The notes below the pieces were generated by a model. It was not told the origin of the DNA. It worked only from the letters and a program-made list of their open reading frames with translations, and did no database searches. This document shows, piece after piece, positions 1 to 8,352 of a stretch of DNA of 64,000 nucleotides. How positions within the stretch are numbered: the first letter of the stretch is position 1; every line of letters begins with the position of its first letter. The translations under genes were made by a program, and so were the position numbers. This DNA is from Candidatus Shapirobacteria bacterium (GTDB lineage Bacteria > Patescibacteriota > Microgenomatia > UBA12405). The stretch spans positions 13,589-77,588 of the forward strand of contig JBAXAJ010000003.1 in assembly GCA_037142555.1 (NCBI GenBank), read 5' to 3'.

Positions 1-847
1 ATTTGGTAAAAATCCTCAAAGCTTTTATAAGTCAGCCATCATTCTCTGTGAACTTGGTTTCGATGGAGTCGACATTAATATGGGTTGTCCAGCCAAAACT
101 GTAATCCAAAATGGCAGTGGCGCCGCTCTAATTGGAACACCAGATCTAGCGCTTGAAATAATAAAAGCAGTTAAGAAGGGGATTGATGATTGGTTCTATG
201 GATTTGTCAAAATCACCGACCTTGGTCTCCACAAAAAAAGTCTCGATATAATCGAACGTAATAAAAAATATTCAAGCCTCCCTGTCAAGGGAGGTGCCCA
301 AAGGGCGGAGGGTTTTATAAAACCAACATTATCTGTTAAAACTCGTCTTGGCATTTCTGAATCAACTGTTGAATCTTGGATTCCAGTTCTATTGTCTCAA
401 GATCTAGATTTTCTAACCATTCATGGCCGCACCCTTAAACAAGGTTATGCTGGCAAAGCTGATTGGGCTGAAATTGTTAAGGTTGTCAAAATGGTTAAAA
501 AAACTAAAACTAAAATTTTTGGCAATGGTGATGTCAGTACAAAATCTCAAGCCATAAAATTTGCTAAAAAATATGGGGTGGATGGAATTTTAATTGGCCG
601 AGCCGCTTGTGGGAACCCTTGGGCTTTCATCGACCATTGTGCCACTCCAAGAGAAAGATTTTCTGCCATGCTTCTTCATGCTCAACTTTTTACTACTGTT
701 TTTCCAAATCGTCGTTTTGATAGTTTGCGTAAGAACTTTTTATTTTATGCCTCAGGATTGGCAAATGCTAAACAACTCAGATCAAAATTAGTCCGACTAA
801 ATTCGATTGAAGACCTTTTGACGCTTGAAGGTGAATTCGTAAATTGA
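1..847 (+). CDS. tRNA-dihydrouridine synthase (Dus family), 5'-truncated by the window edge
   Basis: Frame 2 reads FGKNPQSFYKSAIILCELGFDGVDINMGCP from nt 2, which is the Dus DxNxGCP signature, followed by TIM-barrel-like sequence. The true start lies upstream of the window. Confidence 0.7.
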   Translation, partial: FGKNPQSFYKSAIILCELGFDGVDINMGCPAKTVIQNGSGAALIGTPDLALEIIKAVKKGIDDWFYGFVKITDLGLHKKSLDIIERNKKYSSLPVKGGAQRAEGFIKPTLSVKTRLGISESTVESWIPVLLSQDLDFLTIHGRTLKQGYAGKADWAEIVKVVKMVKKTKTKIFGNGDVSTKSQAIKFAKKYGVDGILIGRAACGNPWAFIDHCATPRERFSAMLLHAQLFTTVFPNRRFDSLRKNFLFYASGLANAKQLRSKLVRLNSIEDLLTLEGEFVN

Positions 848-861
848 TAAAGTTAAAGGCT

Positions 862-1272
862 ATGTCAAACGAAAACCAAAATCCAAACCAAGTCGCAAAT
901 TTACTCAATGTTGAATCACTCATCAATGCTTCAACTGCAAGATTCGACACTCTAAACAAAGAATACCAAGAGCAAAAATCAATGCTCGATTCTATTCTCG
1001 AAAGTGATGTCGAATATCAAGAAATAGCTCAGGAAGCTCAAAAACAAGCTAAATTGAAAACCATTGCTAAACAAAAAGTTATGATCAGACCAGAAGCAGT
1101 TCATATAGTCGAAAAGATTAAAGATGCTCAAACCCAAATTAAAGAAATTAAAACTGCCATGTCAGACTATTTAGCCCAATATGTAGTTCTCTCTGGCACC
1201 AATCAAATTGAAGGTCCAGATGGTGTTCTTCGCCAAATCATCTACAGTGCTAAACTAGTTAAAAGTAAATAA
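862..1272 (+). CDS. hypothetical coiled-coil protein
   Basis: ORF 844-1272, with the likely start at MSNENQ just after the Dus stop. Sequence is K/E/Q-rich with heptad character and no recognisable catalytic motif. Confidence 0.45.
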   Translation: MSNENQNPNQVANLLNVESLINASTARFDTLNKEYQEQKSMLDSILESDVEYQEIAQEAQKQAKLKTIAKQKVMIRPEAVHIVEKIKDAQTQIKEIKTAMSDYLAQYVVLSGTNQIEGPDGVLRQIIYSAKLVKSK

Positions 1273-1288
1273 TGTATAATTAAACCCT

Positions 1289-1600
1289 ATGATCAATTTA
1301 AACAAAGAAAATTTTAAAACTGAAGTTACAGATTTCCAAGGCAAAGTTCTCGTCGATTTTTGGGCTCCATGGTGTGGCCCTTGTCAAATGTTAACTCCAG
1401 TAATGGAAGAACTCAGCGTTGAAATGGAAGGAAAAGTCAAAGTCGCCAAAGTCAATGTTGATGAAGAACAACAACTTTCAATGGACTACAATGTCTCTTC
1501 TATTCCTATGGTAATCCTTTTTGAAAATGGTCAAATTAAAGAAACTATAATTGGCTTTCGTCAAAAAGCTGATTACATTTCTGCCATAAATAAGGCATAA
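1289..1600 (+). CDS. trxA: thioredoxin
   Basis: 103 aa with a WAPWCGPC active-site motif and thioredoxin-typical length. Confidence 0.9.
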   Translation: MINLNKENFKTEVTDFQGKVLVDFWAPWCGPCQMLTPVMEELSVEMEGKVKVAKVNVDEEQQLSMDYNVSSIPMVILFENGQIKETIIGFRQKADYISAINKA

Positions 1601-1603
1601 TTA

Positions 1604-2596
1604 ATGGATATTTCAAAACTAAAAACTTTTTTAGAAGAAAACAATCAACCAGCTTTCCGCTATCGACAAATAATCAAAAACTATTTTTCTGGTCAATTTA
1701 GTTCTTTTGAACAGATGACAAATCTATCAAAAGATTTAAGACAAGTTCTAGAGACTAACTTCCCATATTCATCTCTAAAAGAATTAAAAGTCTTAAAAGA
1801 TGAACAAACCGAAAAAGTAGTTTTAGAATTGGAAGATGGTCAAAAAATAGAATCAGTTTTAATGAACTACGATGAATGGTTAACTGTTTGTGTTTCCAGC
1901 CAAGTTGGTTGTCCTCTCAATTGCAGTTTTTGTGCCACTGGCAAAATGGGTTTCAAAAGAAATTTAACAGCCGATGAAATTGTTGATCAAATCCTATTTT
2001 GGAATCAAAAATTATATCCAAAATATGTTGGTCGGGTTGTTTTCATGGGGATGGGTGAGCCTTTCTTAAATTGGGATAATCTTTTTAAATCTCTAGAAAT
2101 CATAAATTCAGAAACTGGTCTAAACATAGGTGCTCGAAAAATTTCTATTTCTACCGCTGGTGTGGCTGACAAAATAGTTGAATTTGCCAATCTTAAGGCT
2201 CAATATAATTTAGCCATTTCTCTTCATTCAGCTGATCAAAACAAAAGAGAATCATTCATGCCAATTGCTAAACAGTTCAATCTTGATGAACTCAAAAAAG
2301 CTTGTCTCTATTATGTCAATAAAACTAAACGACAACTATTTTTTGAATATGCTCTAATGGATAATAATACTAGTCAAAGCGATGCTAAATTATTAGTTGA
2401 TTTCATCAGATCTCACCATCTTTTCTTTTTGAATTTAATTCCTCTAAATCCTGTTTCTGGTGGAATGACTCCAGCCACCAAAGAAAATGAAGAAATCTTC
2501 ATAAATTATTTAAATAAATCAAATATAGAATATTCCCTCCGTCGTTCTTTTGGTCAAAATCTTAATGCCGCCTGTGGTCAGTTAGTTACTGTATAA
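1604..2596 (+). CDS. rlmN: radical-SAM 23S rRNA/tRNA adenine-C2 methyltransferase RlmN-like
   Basis: CPLNCSFCATG radical-SAM CxxxCxxC cluster motif, a MGMGEP motif and ~330 aa length typical of RlmN/Cfr. Confidence 0.8.
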   Translation: MDISKLKTFLEENNQPAFRYRQIIKNYFSGQFSSFEQMTNLSKDLRQVLETNFPYSSLKELKVLKDEQTEKVVLELEDGQKIESVLMNYDEWLTVCVSSQVGCPLNCSFCATGKMGFKRNLTADEIVDQILFWNQKLYPKYVGRVVFMGMGEPFLNWDNLFKSLEIINSETGLNIGARKISISTAGVADKIVEFANLKAQYNLAISLHSADQNKRESFMPIAKQFNLDELKKACLYYVNKTKRQLFFEYALMDNNTSQSDAKLLVDFIRSHHLFFLNLIPLNPVSGGMTPATKENEEIFINYLNKSNIEYSLRRSFGQNLNAACGQLVTV

Positions 2597-2603
2597 TATA
2601 CCC

Positions 2604-3554
2604 ATGCTTATCGATGAAGTTAGAATCAATATTAAAGGCGGCGATGGTGGCGATGGTTTCGTCCACTTCTATTCTGACGCTTGGAGACCAAAAGGTGGCC
2701 CAGACGGCGGCGATGGCGGTAATGGCGGTTCAGTTTATTTCGAGGCAGTCAACGACATCAGTAAATTAAGTCAATTCAGACATGCCAAGGTCTATTCAGC
2801 CGAAGATGGTGTTGCTGGCAGCAAAAACAATTGTAATGGTAAAAATGGTGAAGATTTAACTATCTATGTTCCAGTTGGAACTCTAGCTACTTATGATAAT
2901 GGAACTTCAACCGAATTCACCGAAATTGGTCAACGCGCCATGATGGCTAAAGGTGGAACTGGTGGCCATGGAAATAATTTCTTTAAATCATCAACTAATC
3001 AAACTCCTCGAGAATGTCAAAAGGGTTTCAAAACTCCAAAGAAAAATCTATTTTTACAACTAAAATTAATTGCTCAAGTCGGTCTAATTGGGTTGCCAAA
3101 TGTTGGTAAAACCAGTCTTTTAAATGAAATAACCACTGCTGGAGCCAAAGTTGCTAACTATGCTTTCACCACTCTCGAACCAAATCTTGGGGTAACCGCC
3201 GCTGGTCACATCATTGCCGACATCCCTGGGTTAATTGAAGGTGCAGCCGATGGTAAAGGTCTAGGTTTCAAATTTTTAAAACATATTGAAAGAACTAAAC
3301 TTCTAGTCCACTGTGTTTCTGCTGAATCTCAAGATCCATTAGCTGACTATCAAACCGTTCGCCAAGAATTAATTAATTACAGTTCTAAACTAGCTGACAA
3401 AACAGAACTTGTTATTTTAACCAAAACAGATGTTGTCGAACCAAAAGAAGCAAAAAGAATTCAATCTCTCATTAAAGCAAAACTCTCAGTATCCATCCTA
3501 GACACTGAGAGCATTAAAAAACTAAACGATTTAATCTCAAAAAGTTTAAACTAA
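2604..3554 (+). CDS. obg: GTPase Obg
   Basis: N-terminal glycine-rich Obg fold (GGDGGDGFVHF, GGPDGGDGGNGG) followed by a G-domain with GLPNVGKTSLLN (G1) and DIPGLIEGA. Confidence 0.9.
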   Translation: MLIDEVRINIKGGDGGDGFVHFYSDAWRPKGGPDGGDGGNGGSVYFEAVNDISKLSQFRHAKVYSAEDGVAGSKNNCNGKNGEDLTIYVPVGTLATYDNGTSTEFTEIGQRAMMAKGGTGGHGNNFFKSSTNQTPRECQKGFKTPKKNLFLQLKLIAQVGLIGLPNVGKTSLLNEITTAGAKVANYAFTTLEPNLGVTAAGHIIADIPGLIEGAADGKGLGFKFLKHIERTKLLVHCVSAESQDPLADYQTVRQELINYSSKLADKTELVILTKTDVVEPKEAKRIQSLIKAKLSVSILDTESIKKLNDLISKSLN

Positions 3555-3971
3555 AACTTTTTTAATTTTTTCCCAATCTTTCTTAAGTTGAGTTGCCATT
3601 TTAACAACACTGGTTTTAGATGCTACTAAATCATCTTTAAAATCATTAACAACTTTTTCTACAATCAATCCATATTTATCTTTATCGATTTCATTACCAG
3701 CAGTTTTTAAAGCGACAATCTTATCGACTACTGCAGTTCTAATTTCTGTATATTTATCAGTGGCTGCCTTAGTAGCTTCACCAAAGACTTCAATAACTTT
3801 AGCTTCAGTTTCCTGAACTCCAGTCTTAACTTGTTTTTTAAGACTTTCAGCTAATTTCTTTAAATCATCTCTGGTTTCTTTACCAGATTTTGGGGCTAAT
3901 AATAGTCCACCGATTGCGCCAGCTGCTGCTGCGACTAAACCTACGAGAAAAATTTTTCCTGTTTTTGCCAT
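3546..3971 (-). CDS. YtxH-like (DUF948) small membrane-anchored protein
   Basis: N-terminal hydrophobic/Ala-Gly segment followed by the LLAPKSGKETRDDLKK motif and a long amphipathic helical tail. Confidence 0.6.
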   Translation of the reverse strand: MAKTGKIFLVGLVAAAAGAIGGLLLAPKSGKETRDDLKKLAESLKKQVKTGVQETEAKVIEVFGEATKAATDKYTEIRTAVVDKIVALKTAGNEIDKDKYGLIVEKVVNDFKDDLVASKTSVVKMATQLKKDWEKIKKVLV

Positions 3972-4040
3972 TTGTTTTGTTCCTTTTTAAATGTATCTAA
4001 CACTTCAGTCTAGTTCAAATTGTTCAAACTGTCAATAAAA

Positions 4041-4931
4041 TTATCTATTAATATCTCTTTCTGGCCAGTGTTTATCTATTTGGACATTTAATTCCAAAAA
4101 CACTTTTCGACTAGACATCAATTCCAATTCTTTTCTAGCATTAAATCCAATTTCTTTAATTTTCTTTCCACCAACCCCAATAATCATTCTCTTATATCGG
4201 TCAGCAGTAGTATAAATAGTTGCTTTAATCAAAATTAATTTCTTTTTATCTTTAACTGAATCAACTTCGACATTCACAGAATAGGGGACTTCTTTTCTTA
4301 AAAATAAATAAGTTTTTTCTCTAATTATTTCAGCAATATATTCTTCAGAATTTAAACTTATCTTGACTTTATCTTTTGATTCCATCACTTCAATGTTGTT
4401 CTCGATGTCACTTTCATCTGTTTCAAGTAATAATTCGAAAATAAGTTCAATCAAACCTTTCACATTTTTTTCTTTAATAGCACTGACTGTAATCACTTCA
4501 TCAAACTCATCTTCTAAATAGTTATATTCTGGTAAATGATCTTTAGTCCCACTAGCAATATCCATTTTGTTATAAACCAAAATCTTTTTGGCCTCAGATT
4601 TTCTGACTAACCCAATTACTTTATTTTCTTCTTCACTCTTTGGTCTAGAAATATCAACCACACAAATCAAAACATCAGCTCTTCCACTTTCTTTTGGAGC
4701 CTCAGTGTTAACCCGTTTACCGACTAAATCATTAATCTTATTAATAATTCCCGGAGTGTCAGAAAAAATGATTTTACCTCTAGGATCAGAAAAAATAACC
4801 CGAGCGTTTTTTCGAGTTGTTTGAGGCAGTGGGGAAGTTATTGCCACTTTTTGACTCATAATGGCATTTAACAAGGTCGATTTTCCCACATTTGGTCTTC
4901 CTAAAATTACTACTCTTCCGAATTTCATCAC
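4041..4931 (-). CDS. era: GTPase Era
   Basis: N-terminal GRPNVGKSTLLN P-loop, DTPG, NKMD, and a C-terminal KH-like domain within 296 aa. Confidence 0.9.
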   Translation of the reverse strand: MMKFGRVVILGRPNVGKSTLLNAIMSQKVAITSPLPQTTRKNARVIFSDPRGKIIFSDTPGIINKINDLVGKRVNTEAPKESGRADVLICVVDISRPKSEEENKVIGLVRKSEAKKILVYNKMDIASGTKDHLPEYNYLEDEFDEVITVSAIKEKNVKGLIELIFELLLETDESDIENNIEVMESKDKVKISLNSEEYIAEIIREKTYLFLRKEVPYSVNVEVDSVKDKKKLILIKATIYTTADRYKRMIIGVGGKKIKEIGFNARKELELMSSRKVFLELNVQIDKHWPERDINR

Positions 4932-5016
4932 CTATTCTACCAGTTTTTTTGAATTTTAACTAAGTCATTGCCAAACTTAATTCTAAAGGTAAAATAAAAA
5001 GACTATATTAAAATAA

Positions 5017-5045
5017 TTGACACTTAGCAAACTAAGTGATAGACT
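5017..5045 (+). promoter_or_regulatory. putative sigma70-like promoter of lon: TTGACA, 17-nt spacer containing palindrome CTTAG-CAAA-CTAAG, then TAGACT
   Basis: TTGACA at 5017-5022 and TAGACT at 5040-5045 with an exact 17-nt spacer. The ATG at 5053 is only 7 nt downstream, suggesting a leaderless or near-leaderless mRNA. Confidence 0.4.
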
Positions 5046-5052
5046 GCTAATT

Positions 5053-7428
5053 ATGACAGACATTAATAAAGATAAAATCAAAACCACCCAGCCTCTAAGA
5101 AAAATATTGCCTTTAATTCCACTAAAAAACATTGTTTTGTTTCCATCTGTGGAAACCTCACTTTTCTTTGGTCGTAAAGAATCAATGAACTCACTATTAC
5201 ATGCCTATGACAACACTAATAAATTAGTGATTGTTACTACTCAACGCAATCCAAAAATCGAAAAACCAGAAAAAGATGATCTCTATTCAGTCGGTGTTCT
5301 AGCCAAAATTGAGCACATTCTCCAAACTGATGGCAGTTTACATGCCATTGTTAAAGGAATTTCTCGAGTCAACATCACTAATGTTATCCAACTAGAACCT
5401 TTCATAATGGTCGAATATGTCGATCTTCCGGTCATTTCTGAACCAGCTGCTGACATCCAACAAACAGCTGAAACTATTCTAGCTCAACTTAAGAAAGCTT
5501 TTGCTATGGGTCGTCAATTTGATCTCCCAGCCATGATGCAACTAAGCAGTGGTGTTTCCAGCAGTGATCTTGCCGATCAAGTCAGTTTCTCTGTTGAAGC
5601 CAAAATTTCTGAAAAACAAATATTATTGGAAACTTTAATGGTCAGCCAAAGACTAAAAGCTGCCACTGAATATTTGATTCAAGAGATGAAAGTAGCCGAA
5701 CTAGAAAGATCTATTGAAGAAAAAACCCAAGAAAAATTCAATACTGGCATGAAACGAAACGTTCTAGAAGAAAGAAAACGTCAAATTGAAAAAGAATTAA
5801 AACGCCTTGGTGAAAGCAGTGCTGGTGAATTTTCTGAACTAGAAAAGAAAATTAAGAATAAAGATATTCCTCAAGAAATCAGAAAAAAATTAACTAAAGA
5901 ACTAGAGCGTCTGACTGAAATGGGCCCAATGGCTCCAGAATCTAGTTACATCAGAACCTATCTAGAAACTGTGGTTGAACTGCCATGGGGCAAATATGCC
6001 AACACTAATGTGACCCTTTCTAAAGCCAGCAAAATTCTTGACAAAGATCACTATGGGATCAAAGATGTCAAAGAAAGAATTCTCGAATATTTAGCTGTCC
6101 TAAATCTTAAAAACAAAAATCAAAAGAAAAATGAAGAGGTGACTTCCACTGCCAACATTTTATGTTTCATCGGGCCTCCAGGGGTCGGTAAAACTTCTCT
6201 TGGTAAATCTATTGCCGAAGCTATGGGTAAATCATTCGTTCGTGCTTCTCTTGGTGGAATTCGTGACGAAGCCGAAATCCGAGGTCATCGTCGAACTTAT
6301 GTTGGAGCCATGCCAGGCCGAATCGTTAAAGGTCTAAAAGATGCCAAATCTATGAATCCAGTTTTCATGCTTGATGAAATAGACAAGATTGGGGCTGATT
6401 ATCGTGGTGATCCATCTGCTGCTCTTCTAGAAACTCTCGATCCAGAACAAAATCGTGAATTTGCCGATCATTATCTAGATTTTCCTCTAGATCTATCAAA
6501 AGTCTTTTTCATTCTAACTGGGAATGACATTTCTACAATTCCAGGCCCTTTACGAGACCGTCTAGAAATAATTGATTTCTCTGGCTACACTCAAGAAGAA
6601 AAATTCCACATTGCCAAAAACTATTTAATTAAAAAAGAATTAAAAGCTAATGGTTTAAAAGAAGCTAATATTAACGAGATTAAAGATGAAACCATCAAAC
6701 ATATAATTGATAAGTACACTCGTGAGGCTGGTGTCCGTAGTTTGGAAAGAGTTTTTGCTAGTCTTTTCAGAAAAGTTGCTAAAAAAATTATTGTCAGTAA
6801 AACCAACAAAGTTGATTTAAATAATCAACTTATTCTTAAAAAGTTTTTGGGACCAACTAAATATAATTCGACTCTCAAAGGTAAAAAAGATGAAGTTGGT
6901 CTTTCAACTGGTCTAGCTTGGACTTCAGTTGGTGGTGAAATTTTATTTATCGAAGTCAACATAATGCCAGGTAAAGGTCAATTAATTCTAACTGGAAAAC
7001 TTGGAGCGGTGATGAAAGAATCATGTCAAGCTGCTCTTTCCTACATTCGTAGTCAAGCCAAAACTTTTAATATTAAACAAGATTTTCACAAAATTGACAT
7101 CCATATCCATGTTCCAGAAGGTGCCACTCCGAAAGATGGTCCTAGTGCTGGCGGTGCCATAACCACTTCTCTAATTTCAGCTCTAAAACAAGTTGCTGTG
7201 CCTCGAGATATTGGTATGACAGGGGAGATAACTCTTCGTGGTAATATTCTAGAAATTGGAGGTCTTAAGGAAAAATCTATTGCAGCTCACCGAGCTGGTC
7301 TCAAAACTATCTTTATTCCAAAAGACAATGAAAAAAGTTTAATTAACATTCCAAAAGAAGTTAAAAAAGACATCAAATTCATTCCAGTCGAACACTACAA
7401 CGAGATTTATAAGAAGATTTTTAAATAA
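5053..7428 (+). CDS. lon: ATP-dependent protease Lon (La)
   Basis: Lon N-domain (PLIPLKNIVLFPSV), AAA+ Walker A GPPGVGKTSLGKS, and a protease domain with the DGPSAG serine motif. The start is set at MTDINKDK because that aligns with known Lon N-termini; the track ORF begins at a TTG 36 nt upstream. Confidence 0.9.
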   Translation: MTDINKDKIKTTQPLRKILPLIPLKNIVLFPSVETSLFFGRKESMNSLLHAYDNTNKLVIVTTQRNPKIEKPEKDDLYSVGVLAKIEHILQTDGSLHAIVKGISRVNITNVIQLEPFIMVEYVDLPVISEPAADIQQTAETILAQLKKAFAMGRQFDLPAMMQLSSGVSSSDLADQVSFSVEAKISEKQILLETLMVSQRLKAATEYLIQEMKVAELERSIEEKTQEKFNTGMKRNVLEERKRQIEKELKRLGESSAGEFSELEKKIKNKDIPQEIRKKLTKELERLTEMGPMAPESSYIRTYLETVVELPWGKYANTNVTLSKASKILDKDHYGIKDVKERILEYLAVLNLKNKNQKKNEEVTSTANILCFIGPPGVGKTSLGKSIAEAMGKSFVRASLGGIRDEAEIRGHRRTYVGAMPGRIVKGLKDAKSMNPVFMLDEIDKIGADYRGDPSAALLETLDPEQNREFADHYLDFPLDLSKVFFILTGNDISTIPGPLRDRLEIIDFSGYTQEEKFHIAKNYLIKKELKANGLKEANINEIKDETIKHIIDKYTREAGVRSLERVFASLFRKVAKKIIVSKTNKVDLNNQLILKKFLGPTKYNSTLKGKKDEVGLSTGLAWTSVGGEILFIEVNIMPGKGQLILTGKLGAVMKESCQAALSYIRSQAKTFNIKQDFHKIDIHIHVPEGATPKDGPSAGGAITTSLISALKQVAVPRDIGMTGEITLRGNILEIGGLKEKSIAAHRAGLKTIFIPKDNEKSLINIPKEVKKDIKFIPVEHYNEIYKKIFK

Positions 7429-7975
7429 TAGTCACATACTTACTAACACCACCTTCATTTCTTTTATTTATCACGTCAGCAAAAGCTTTGACAATTTTGT
7501 CATCGTCACTTGATTTATTATAGTTAACAACTATTGATTTGTCTCTACCTTCTTCAGAATAAAATAATGCTACTCTATGGTCTCCATTTATTCTAAATCT
7601 AATTTCACCTTGGCTAAATTTAAATTTCAAAACAGTATTGTCTTCTTCCTCCCAACAAATCTCAGCTTTCTTCTTTTCTTTTTTAATCCCAAAATCATCT
7701 AAGTTTTTCAAACCAAAATCTAATAGATAATCATCTCTAATTTCTTGAAGAAAAACAATAATTCCTGAATAAGCAAAAGTACCTTCATGTCCTTTTAGTT
7801 TTTGTTGTCTGCATTTTTCTTCAATATCATAGTTTGCCTGTGATTCGGCAGTTAATTTTTTTAAATCTAAAATATGTTCTTTATTTAGCATCTGAAGAGT
7901 AATATAACATAAAAAAAGCCGTTGTAAATTTTTTGGTATTATCCAATAATTTACAACGACAGTTTTGCCTACCAC
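7421..7975 (-). CDS. hypothetical protein, GTG start overlapping the stop of the upstream Cys-rich gene
   Basis: 184-aa ORF with no recognisable motif. Its GTG start overlaps the TAG of the 7975-8259 ORF by 1 nt, and its 3' end overlaps the lon stop by 8 nt (convergent). Confidence 0.45.
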   Translation of the reverse strand: MVGKTVVVNYWIIPKNLQRLFLCYITLQMLNKEHILDLKKLTAESQANYDIEEKCRQQKLKGHEGTFAYSGIIVFLQEIRDDYLLDFGLKNLDDFGIKKEKKKAEICWEEEDNTVLKFKFSQGEIRFRINGDHRVALFYSEEGRDKSIVVNYNKSSDDDKIVKAFADVINKRNEGGVSKYVTII

Positions 7976-8259
7976 TATTTTATTCTTTTAATTTCTTTAC
8001 CTGTCCAAATACCATGGGCTTCATGTTTACTGCAACCTGTGCAAGCAACAATTTTTCCATCATGCATATGTGCATGTGGCGGTATTTCATAGGTTTTGCT
8101 TGGTGTATGTAGAATAACAAAATGTCCTGGGAAGACATGGTTTCTACAGTGAAAACAAAGAATAACTTTTTTCTTAAAACATTTTGGACAAAATTTATGA
8201 CCTTTTGTTCTAGTCAAATGCCCACATTCTGTGGCTCTGAAAATTTTAAAAATTTTCAT
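7975..8259 (-). CDS. small Cys/His-rich putative zinc-binding protein
   Basis: 94 aa containing CPKC and CFHC (a Cys4 ribbon), a later CTGC, and many His (HAHMH, HEAH). HNH-like nuclease chemistry is possible but cannot be confirmed by eye. Confidence 0.45.
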   Translation of the reverse strand: MKIFKIFRATECGHLTRTKGHKFCPKCFKKKVILCFHCRNHVFPGHFVILHTPSKTYEIPPHAHMHDGKIVACTGCSKHEAHGIWTGKEIKRIK

Positions 8260-8319
8260 TTAGAATCCCTTCTTTCTTTTTTGATCCAAATATCGCTTGT
8301 GATAAATTTAGCTTTTGGG

Positions 8320-8328
8320 ATTATATCA
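8320..8328 (-). promoter_or_regulatory. extended -10 element (TGaTATAAT) upstream of the Cys-rich gene
   Basis: The minus-strand sequence reads ctgaTATAATccc about 60 nt upstream of the ATG at 8259. No convincing -35 hexamer was found. Confidence 0.3.
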
Positions 8329-8352
8329 GATAATAAGGCAAAAACAAGCAAT

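Noticed and set aside
594-959. Small ORFs in the track (594-791 +, 777-959 -) overlapping the Dus gene and the next gene
   Set aside because: They lie entirely inside or antisense to well-supported genes, are low-complexity and hydrophobic from an AT-rich frame, and have no start context. The same applies to 2005-2190, 4588-4824, 6621-6809, 10502-10687, 15353-15661, 15950-16153, 17005-17262, 22115-22345, 24331-24519, 25894-26133, 26136-26324, 26388-26588, 26864-27073, 28983-29192, 32861-33154, 33208-33396, 34094-34399, 35325-35711, 37013-37366, 38319-38519, 39786-40001, 42678-42995, 43356-43559, 44645-44830, 45745-45927, 48450-48662, 48989-49177, 53185-53367, 53397-53618, 56401-56583, 57518-57736, 58008-58322, 60128-60421, 62276-62686 and 62856-63056.
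2630-2740. Tandem GGCGATGG / GGCGGCGATGG repeats that could be mistaken for a repeat array
   Set aside because: They encode the canonical glycine-rich N-terminal Obg fold (GGDGGDG...GGPDGGDGGNGG). This is a coding periodicity, not a CRISPR or satellite.
7975-8259. Calling the Cys/His-rich 94-aa protein an HNH endonuclease
   Set aside because: The spacing of Cys pairs and His residues does not clearly reproduce the H-N-H / His-Me finger order, and a Cys4 zinc ribbon is equally compatible. It is kept as generic zinc-binding.
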